Below are positions 26,234 through 32,000 of a stretch of DNA of 32,000 nucleotides, one piece after another (within the stretch, counting starts at the first letter, position 1; every line of letters starts with the position of its first letter). The stretch is taken from contig SCKN01000001.1 of NCBI GenBank assembly GCA_004124385.1, forward strand, positions 246,606-278,605, given 5' to 3'. The translations under genes were made by a program, and so were the position numbers. A model generated the notes under the pieces. That model ran no database searches. It saw only the letters and a list, made by a program, of their open reading frames with translations, and was not told the DNA's origin. This DNA is from Fidelibacterota bacterium. Lineage in GTDB: Bacteria; Fidelibacterota; Marinisomatia; Marinisomatales; TCS55.

Positions 26234-27298
26234 TTAATCGATTTCAACACGACTTTGATCGCCTAATATAAAACGATGTGTGGCCGGTTTCGATTTGGTA
26301 CGTAACATGTGTACATCATTTCCCAATAAAGATGCTTCAATTCTGCGTGAAATATTTGAAATCTTACAATCATTCATTAAAATAGAATATTCAATTTCAC
26401 TATTTAAAATTGTACAGCCATTTCCAATTGCACTATATGGACCTATATAGGCATTATCGATTACTACATTATCGCCGATAATCGCTGGGCCTCGTACATT
26501 TGAATTTATAATCTTTGAATTTTTACCAAGGACAACTCTTCCGCTTACAATTGAAGATGAATCTATTGTTCCCATTCGATTATCTTTAATATTGTCAAGG
26601 ACCAATCGATTTGCTTCCAAAAGGTCTGATGGTTTTCCTGTGTCTTTCCACCAACCTGTAATTTCTGAAAAAGACACTATGTATCCTTTATCCAATAGAT
26701 ATTGATGAGCATCAGAAATTTCCAACTCACCTCTGGCTGATGGAGCAATATTATTTACAGCTTCAAAAATATGATTATCATATAAATAAATACCTGTTAC
26801 GGCTAAATTACTTTTTGGATTGTCAGGCTTTTCTTCAATTCCAATAATTCTTCCATCTTTTACATCTGCAACACCAAACCTATTTGGATCGGGGACTTTA
26901 CTTAAAACCAAGTGGCAATTAGATCTATTAGAACGAAAATCTTCAATAAATTTATTAACACCGCCTACAAGAATATTATCACCTAAATAGAAAATAAATG
27001 GCTCTTTTCCAATAAACGGTTCTGCTATTTTTACAACATGTCCTAATCCCAATGGAGCAGACTGCTCTATATATGTTATTTTTAAACCGAAGGACTCTCC
27101 ATTACCAAAAGCATCCGAAATAGAGGTATCCCCTGAATTGATTATAATCCCAGCTTCACTTATTCCGGCATTTTTTGAATATTCCAATGCATAAGCCAGC
27201 ATTTTTTTATTTGCTATGGGAATTAAATGTTTGTTCTGTGTATGTGTAATGGGTCGTAAACGAGTTCCATGCCCACCGGCTGTAATCAATGTTTTCAT
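26234..27298 (-). CDS. Sugar-1-phosphate nucleotidylyltransferase, long form (glucose-1-phosphate thymidylyltransferase-like, N-terminal NTP-transferase + C-terminal left-handed beta-helix)
   Basis: 354 aa. The N-terminus is AGGHGTRLRPITHTQNKHLIP (GxGtRLxPxT...K motif). The C-terminal hexapeptide-repeat region is IIGDNVVIDNAYIGPYSAIGNGCTILNSEIEYSILMNDCKI. Length and layout resemble the rmlA_long family. Sugar specificity cannot be called from sequence alone. Confidence 0.75.
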   Translation of the reverse strand: MKTLITAGGHGTRLRPITHTQNKHLIPIANKKMLAYALEYSKNAGISEAGIIINSGDTSISDAFGNGESFGLKITYIEQSAPLGLGHVVKIAEPFIGKEPFIFYLGDNILVGGVNKFIEDFRSNRSNCHLVLSKVPDPNRFGVADVKDGRIIGIEEKPDNPKSNLAVTGIYLYDNHIFEAVNNIAPSARGELEISDAHQYLLDKGYIVSFSEITGWWKDTGKPSDLLEANRLVLDNIKDNRMGTIDSSSIVSGRVVLGKNSKIINSNVRGPAIIGDNVVIDNAYIGPYSAIGNGCTILNSEIEYSILMNDCKISNISRRIEASLLGNDVHMLRTKSKPATHRFILGDQSRVEID

Positions 27299-27330
27299 TC
27301 GTATATTATCCTTAAACCAGTTACCAAATT

Positions 27331-27837
27331 TTATCGACCACTCATCATGCCGGCTTTGCTCAATTTATCTGCGACAGTGTTCTTATCCCGTAAAATATGT
27401 TTCAATGTCCATGAGTCAAAGTCATCTAATAAATCTGTGACTAAAGCGTGTAATGGAATCATATTTTCATGCTTAACCTTAAACTCACCATTCACTTGGT
27501 TTACAACTAATAAACTATCCGCATAGATACATATATTAGAAATGTTTAATTCTTTAGCCACTTGCAAACCACGTATTAAAGCATTGTATTCAGCTTCATT
27601 GTTAGTTGCGTCACCTAAAAATTCAGAAAATGAATCAATTTCATTACCATTTTGAAAAAAAACACCGCCGATTCCAGATGTTTTTGAATGAAGGTCTGCA
27701 GCGCCATCGATATAAAGCTCAACAAGATCATCAGATGAAAGTTTTCGATGCAATTCTTCTAATGTTTGGTTAGAGCGATTTTCAGCTGATGCTAATAAAA
27801 CCTTGATTGCAGATATTTCGTTTTGTTTTAGTTTCAT
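27331..27837 (-). CDS. RNase H-fold protein (type 1 RNase H, RVT_3-like) with ~38-aa N-terminal helical extension
   Basis: 168 aa. DEDD catalytic positions can be placed: YIDGAA (D), TNNEAEYNALI (E), IYADSLLVV (D) and RDKNTVADKLSK (D). Confidence 0.8.
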   Translation of the reverse strand: MKLKQNEISAIKVLLASAENRSNQTLEELHRKLSSDDLVELYIDGAADLHSKTSGIGGVFFQNGNEIDSFSEFLGDATNNEAEYNALIRGLQVAKELNISNICIYADSLLVVNQVNGEFKVKHENMIPLHALVTDLLDDFDSWTLKHILRDKNTVADKLSKAGMMSGR

Positions 27838-27898
27838 ATTAAGGGGTGGAAAATAAAACGGTTATTTAAGGGAAACGATATGAGATTTCATAAATAAT

Positions 27899-29179
27899 TC
27901 AATTTTTTGTATATAATAAAATAGGTTGCGTCCATACCATTTCAAAATCACCTTCGGCATACGGATTGGGATGCTTTCGGCTGGAAATAATTTTAGCTCG
28001 TATATATAATTCGTCACCTTTGAATTTATAAATAGCCGGATTGTCCCTTCTTTCATCCATTACCTGACCAATATCTTTACTGTATTTACGGGTTATATGC
28101 ATTAATTGATTTTCATCATCCAAAATTGGAATTGATGATGTATCTGTATTTAGAGCTGTGCCAAAAAATAACGTTGTATACGTAACGTCCGTTTCAGGGC
28201 GAATGAATATCTTTACATGACTTTCAGTTACCTCGATATTCTCCAACAAAACACCTGCACTTGAATAAAAATTACCATTCATCAGAGAATTGGTTAAATC
28301 CTCTGCGTTAAATGATTTTGCATTCACCATAACCCAGCCTCTACCGGCATTTGATTTTCCAACATTAATATTATAATAAGAATGAGCATCATCAGTAGCT
28401 AATCCATAAAATACTCCCATATTATTATGAATACGATTCGTAAGAATTATGTCCCACATTCTTTCAGTGCCAGGATGAGTATCATCTCCCATATTTCTAA
28501 CATCTGGGTGGCCGTTATAGACTTCGAAAAATGGATCTCCCTTTAATTTCATCAAATCTTCTGCAACAATTCCCCAACCAAAGTTTGGATGGTTTACATG
28601 AGCAAACATAGAACGATTTGATTCTTCACGTTGTTTAATGACCGCATCAACATTTCTCTGCAAAACATTATAAATACTTTTGCCACCATGAGGTGGAATA
28701 AATGATTCAATATTGATGGCATTTAAATGGACTGGATAATTTTCAAATTCGTCTGTTATTTCTTCAGCTTGAATCAATAAAAATTCACCAGGTTTTTCGA
28801 ATTTATAGCGCAATTCAGAAAACGTTTTTAATCGCATTTGCAATGTATCATTTTTATAACGCAAGACAGGCCAATCATCCCCGAATTCATGTTTTAATTT
28901 TTCCAGTTTTTTCATCGTAAAGGGCGGCGGCCATGCATCAGTATCTGCACTATCAAGTACATCAATCCACTTTTCACCTTCAGAAATAATATTATGATCA
29001 GAAAGGGCCAAGAATTTGTATCCATTCTGACGATTCCAATTCACCACAGTTTCCGGCGGCGCATCACCATCGCTCCATAAAATATGTGTGTGCAGATTTC
29101 CTTTAAACCAAATGGGTTTATTATCTATTGAATCACATCCAATAAAAATAAGTAATAATACTGTGATTTTAAATTTCAT
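27899..29179 (-). CDS. Exported PHP-domain metal-dependent phosphoesterase (lipoprotein)
   Basis: 426 aa with a lipoprotein-type signal (MKFKITVLLLIFIGC). PHP motifs are GNLHTHILWSDGD, FLALSDHN, HVNHPNF and ATDDAH. The C-terminal ~130 aa are unassigned. Confidence 0.65.
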   Translation of the reverse strand: MKFKITVLLLIFIGCDSIDNKPIWFKGNLHTHILWSDGDAPPETVVNWNRQNGYKFLALSDHNIISEGEKWIDVLDSADTDAWPPPFTMKKLEKLKHEFGDDWPVLRYKNDTLQMRLKTFSELRYKFEKPGEFLLIQAEEITDEFENYPVHLNAINIESFIPPHGGKSIYNVLQRNVDAVIKQREESNRSMFAHVNHPNFGWGIVAEDLMKLKGDPFFEVYNGHPDVRNMGDDTHPGTERMWDIILTNRIHNNMGVFYGLATDDAHSYYNINVGKSNAGRGWVMVNAKSFNAEDLTNSLMNGNFYSSAGVLLENIEVTESHVKIFIRPETDVTYTTLFFGTALNTDTSSIPILDDENQLMHITRKYSKDIGQVMDERRDNPAIYKFKGDELYIRAKIISSRKHPNPYAEGDFEMVWTQPILLYTKN

Positions 29180-29225
29180 GATTGTTTATGAATTTGATTT
29201 TCATCTAAATCCAAAATCAATGTCA

Positions 29226-30026
29226 TTATCTAATATAAGGATTGGACCCACTCTGCGCGGGGCATTCTTCCCAATAATAACACCAATTACATAGAATCAT
29301 TGGTTTAGCAGGGAATTCACCTCCTTGCTTTTCTTTCAAACGTATTTCATCAATGCGGTTTTTCATTACTCTTACTAAATGCTGCAATTGCTCCTTCGTT
29401 CTTTTCGATTTCACCACGATTCCATAACGTACAAAATGCCATACCAAAGAAACAGTTTGTACATCCTCCCGTTGTTGCTCAAGTGCTATTTGATACAATG
29501 CTAATTGGTTATCTTGATCAGCCTGCCCCTGACTCATGGCTCTTTTACCGGTTTTATAATCATGAATTTCGTAGTTCCCTTCGCCATCATGATCCAAGCG
29601 ATCTATGATCCCTTTCATGCGATATGAATCATCATTATCTAGCATGAAGTCCAATTCTAATTCAATTCCTTCAACTCGTTCTGAAAAAGGTTGATTATTT
29701 CGATAAAATCTGGCGATACAATCTTCCCCTAATCGATAATAGTCTTCTACCCTTTCTCCTCGTTTTGCAATGGCAATTCTGTCATGCCAATTTTTTTCCC
29801 AATGTTGTTCATAATGCTCTAAAATGCCATCTATGAACGGCAAGCGTCCTGATTGAACTTCAGTATACAGAAATTCCAAAGCTTCATGTACACGTTTTCC
29901 TGTAAAAGCTTCGATTCCTTCGTCCGTTTTACGAATTTTATCAATATAGCGAAATTTGAATTGGGCTGGACATTTTTTATAGGACTCGAGTCCACTATAT
30001 GAAAAACGTTCTAGCACACTCACCAC
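29226..30026 (-). CDS. Stand-alone PD-(D/E)XK nuclease with Cas4/AddB-type 4-Cys (Fe-S) signature
   Basis: 266 aa. The Cys pattern is C19 ... C246-x2-C249-x5-C255. The catalytic core is IIDRLD ... EIHDYKTGK (D...D/ExK) plus QLALYQIAL (QxxxY). The start is GTG (30026..30024), and no ATG lies upstream of Cys19. It overlaps the upstream TGA by 7 nt. Confidence 0.8.
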   Translation of the reverse strand: MVSVLERFSYSGLESYKKCPAQFKFRYIDKIRKTDEGIEAFTGKRVHEALEFLYTEVQSGRLPFIDGILEHYEQHWEKNWHDRIAIAKRGERVEDYYRLGEDCIARFYRNNQPFSERVEGIELELDFMLDNDDSYRMKGIIDRLDHDGEGNYEIHDYKTGKRAMSQGQADQDNQLALYQIALEQQREDVQTVSLVWHFVRYGIVVKSKRTKEQLQHLVRVMKNRIDEIRLKEKQGGEFPAKPMILCNWCYYWEECPAQSGSNPYIR

Positions 30027-31294
30027 GTACGGCCATAAATATAAGGTGTGGTTAAGCGATAATCTCCAAAGCCGTTTTCATCAAAAAAGGTAAAACTGCG
30101 GTTGATACGATAATAATACCAATTTTGTTGAGCATTACGATTGCTATTCATATATTGACGTTCAATATCATCGGGTGGGCCAAATAGTATGTAAATCATG
30201 CCCATATCTGTTCGCCAACCTGGTGTAAATGATGTAAAATGATCAATGGAATAACGAACACGGGAATAATATTGATCCATAAGCTCATTATTACTTGTTT
30301 CCGGCGTAGGGTCCCTGTCTTTCCAATATGTATAAAATAATTCTTCTTTATCCTTTTTCTTTGCCTTGGAAAGTTTGGATCGTTCATCATTGTTTAAAAT
30401 ATACCTCATTTGATCAATTGCTTCGTCTATATCACGTATGTAAGATGAAATTCCAGGCCTTTTTATTTTTAATTCAATTACTTCTTCATCAAAATTTTCC
30501 CCTTGTTCTAATGAAACAAATAATTCAACTCGTAAACCACCCACTTCTGCCACAGGCATATTTAATTGATGAGTAAAATAATTGTCTATATTTGTAAACG
30601 TCGTATCTAATTTCGAAACAGATATTCCGTCCATATCCTTTAATACAAGTTTTAAAGAATAATTTTCACTGAAAACATTTCCAGTTACATAAATAGGAAT
30701 AAATGATTGCTGGAAACTGATTTCATTCTGATAACTAGGCATGAGCCTATTCTCCCCTTGCCACGTACCTGTATAATCGATCATTACTTGAGGAGGAAAT
30801 AATATAAATTCATCTTTATATTTTGATAGGTCAACTTTCTTTTCCCGTAATCCACTGTTGCGCGTATCAATATCCATCACTTCACTCACAATGGTATATT
30901 TACCAGGTTTAACATTGAAATCATACTCAACAAAATACCAATTAGATTTACGTATTGTTTCTAAATAATCCGTAGCCAACAGCGTTTCGCTGATAGATTT
31001 ATTATCGAGTTGGTTACCCTCATCATCCAATAGTCTGATACGTGCTTCAAAACTCGATTTAAAGCCGCCATTATCTTTAACAAACTGCAATGCATAGCTA
31101 GGGATCATAATATATGCATTAAGTTTAATTTTTCCTTTTTCAGATGAAGCTTGTGGAAAAACCATGAGATGGAACTGTTCTATATTGGATACTTTTAGAT
31201 CCTTACGACCTCGCATATTTCTTTGGGCACTCACACATGCAAATGCCAAACATATAATCATTAATATTTTAAAATTCTTCAATCTTTCGTCCAC
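30020..31294 (-). CDS. Secreted GWxTD-domain protein
   Basis: 424 aa with a signal peptide (KILMIICLAFACVSAQ). The C-terminal domain reads YTYWKDRDPTPETSNNELMDQYYSRVRYSIDHFTSFTPGWRTDMGMIYILFGPPDDIER, with the GWRTD motif at nt 30206..30220. The track start is GTG (31294). A TTG at 31282 would give MKNFKILMII... and is an alternative. Confidence 0.75.
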   Translation of the reverse strand: MDERLKNFKILMIICLAFACVSAQRNMRGRKDLKVSNIEQFHLMVFPQASSEKGKIKLNAYIMIPSYALQFVKDNGGFKSSFEARIRLLDDEGNQLDNKSISETLLATDYLETIRKSNWYFVEYDFNVKPGKYTIVSEVMDIDTRNSGLREKKVDLSKYKDEFILFPPQVMIDYTGTWQGENRLMPSYQNEISFQQSFIPIYVTGNVFSENYSLKLVLKDMDGISVSKLDTTFTNIDNYFTHQLNMPVAEVGGLRVELFVSLEQGENFDEEVIELKIKRPGISSYIRDIDEAIDQMRYILNNDERSKLSKAKKKDKEELFYTYWKDRDPTPETSNNELMDQYYSRVRYSIDHFTSFTPGWRTDMGMIYILFGPPDDIERQYMNSNRNAQQNWYYYRINRSFTFFDENGFGDYRLTTPYIYGRTW

Positions 31295-32000
31295 TTAAAT
31301 TTTATCAAACCATTTGATGTTCCAAGCCATAAATGTTTTTTATCTACTTTCATATCATGAATCTCGCCTATAAAATCATAGTAATAATCACTTATGAATC
31401 TATCTTTTATATCGTAACGAATAAAGCCATCATTAGTTGCCAGGAAAATATATTTCTTAAATCGAGCCAATGCAAATATCTCACGGCCAGCAAAAACAGA
31501 GGCGTCAACCAATTCTGACCATGTTTGAGTGTTATAATCAAAACTCCAAACACCTTGTTTTGAACTGACGATTATTTCGTCTTTAAATTGTTCAAGCACT
31601 TTGAAACCTGAAAGCACATCTTCGATTCCGGCCATATTGCCCAGCGAACCAATTTGTTTAAAGTTTAGCACCCTTTCATTTGACAAATTTACTACAGTCA
31701 AATCGTAATCAGACGCTATCCACAATTGATTATTTACAAGTTCAATATCATGTATATAAACATATTTAAACATTCTTTCAAACCCAAGGGGATTTTCTCT
31801 TTTGTTACGTTGATTGAGTCTTGAAATTCCGGAAGACGAGGCTATCCAAACAAATTCACTATCTGCTTCTAAAGCTGTAATGATTGAGCCGCTAAATCCT
31901 CTGGTTTCATCCAATGTTCTCCAAAAAGCATCTTTTTCATTATGTACTGCTATCATTTCATTTCCGCCATACCAAATTTCTTCGCCAACTCGTACAGCAC
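31279..32000 (-). CDS. Beta-propeller protein with two-component-regulator-propeller-like repeats; C-terminal part, gene probably continues past the right window edge
   Basis: The track gives 31279..31956, but the frame stays open upstream to 32000 (…AVRVGEEIWYGGNEMIAVHNEK…). Repeats VWIASSSGISRLN, LWIASDYDLTVVN, IFLATNDGFIRYD and LWLGTSNGLIKFKW resemble Reg_prop blades. Confidence 0.6.
   Translation of the reverse strand, partial: AVRVGEEIWYGGNEMIAVHNEKDAFWRTLDETRGFSGSIITALEADSEFVWIASSSGISRLNQRNKRENPLGFERMFKYVYIHDIELVNNQLWIASDYDLTVVNLSNERVLNFKQIGSLGNMAGIEDVLSGFKVLEQFKDEIIVSSKQGVWSFDYNTQTWSELVDASVFAGREIFALARFKKYIFLATNDGFIRYDIKDRFISDYYYDFIGEIHDMKVDKKHLWLGTSNGLIKFKWTKD

Noticed and set aside
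27862-28056. 64-aa minus-strand ORF overlapping the 3' end of the PHP gene
   Set aside because: It is out of frame within a well-supported longer CDS, and only its last 37 nt fall in intergenic DNA. It has no motif support. The same applies to the nested minus-strand ORFs 4733..4945, 7187..7393, 8228..8410, 11283..11534, 16572..16802, 19502..19684 and 30196..30390.
27331-31294. Idea that RNase H + PHP + Cas4-like nuclease + GWxTD form an anti-phage defence island
   Set aside because: Two of the four products (PHP, GWxTD) carry export signals, so they cannot act with cytoplasmic nucleases. There is no ATPase/helicase, methylase, toxin-like effector, integrase or compositional break. In a genome this compact, adjacency is weak evidence. 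I kept only the nuclease context as a low-to-moderate-interest finding.
1-32000. Scan for rRNA, tRNA, CRISPR repeats, transposases/integrases, inverted terminal repeats or long direct repeats
   Set aside because: Nothing was recognised. The non-coding segments are too short (159 nt at most) and lack tRNA-like or repeat-spacer structure, and no ORF has transposase, integrase or phage hallmarks. This was a by-eye scan only, so short or diverged repeats could have been missed.

Overview
AT-rich, very gene-dense 32-kb window. I call 27 protein-coding genes, all on the minus strand, two of them cut by the window edges. By my coordinates only about 680 nt (about 2%) is intergenic. I found no rRNA, tRNA, CRISPR array, transposase/integrase or long repeat. 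In transcription order (high to low coordinates) the content is: (i) a partial beta-propeller protein, a secreted GWxTD-domain protein, a stand-alone Cas4/RecB-like PD-(D/E)XK nuclease, an exported PHP-domain phosphoesterase, an RNase H-fold protein and a long-form sugar-1-phosphate nucleotidyltransferase; (ii) a classical elongasome operon mreB-mreC-mreD-mrdA-rodA, followed by a CpoB/YbgF-like coiled-coil/TPR protein; (iii) a truncated, catalytically degenerate GlgA-like protein followed by a DUF4270-like lipoprotein, an outer-membrane barrel and a TPR lipoprotein; (iv) glyA; (v) a TatT-type (TPR-protein-associated) TRAP transporter, T-P-QM; (vi) after the largest intergenic gap, a tightly packed four-gene surface module, described below; (vii) bamD, nadD and the 5' part of a CaCA Ca2+/Na+ antiporter. 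The surface module comprises a PorV-like barrel with an EF-hand-bearing insertion, a 910-aa T9SS-sorted M6-like protein whose HExxH is lost, a 980-aa HExxH protease-PD40 propeller-Omp85-like barrel fusion, and a DUF5683-like protein. The T9SS C-terminal domain, PorV-like barrel, short GlgA/DUF4270-like synteny and GWxTD domain point to an FCB-superphylum (Bacteroidota-related, probably uncultured) genome; this is inference. The best candidate for an undescribed system is module (vi), with module (iii) second. All family assignments come from motifs I read in the translations; no database search was run.
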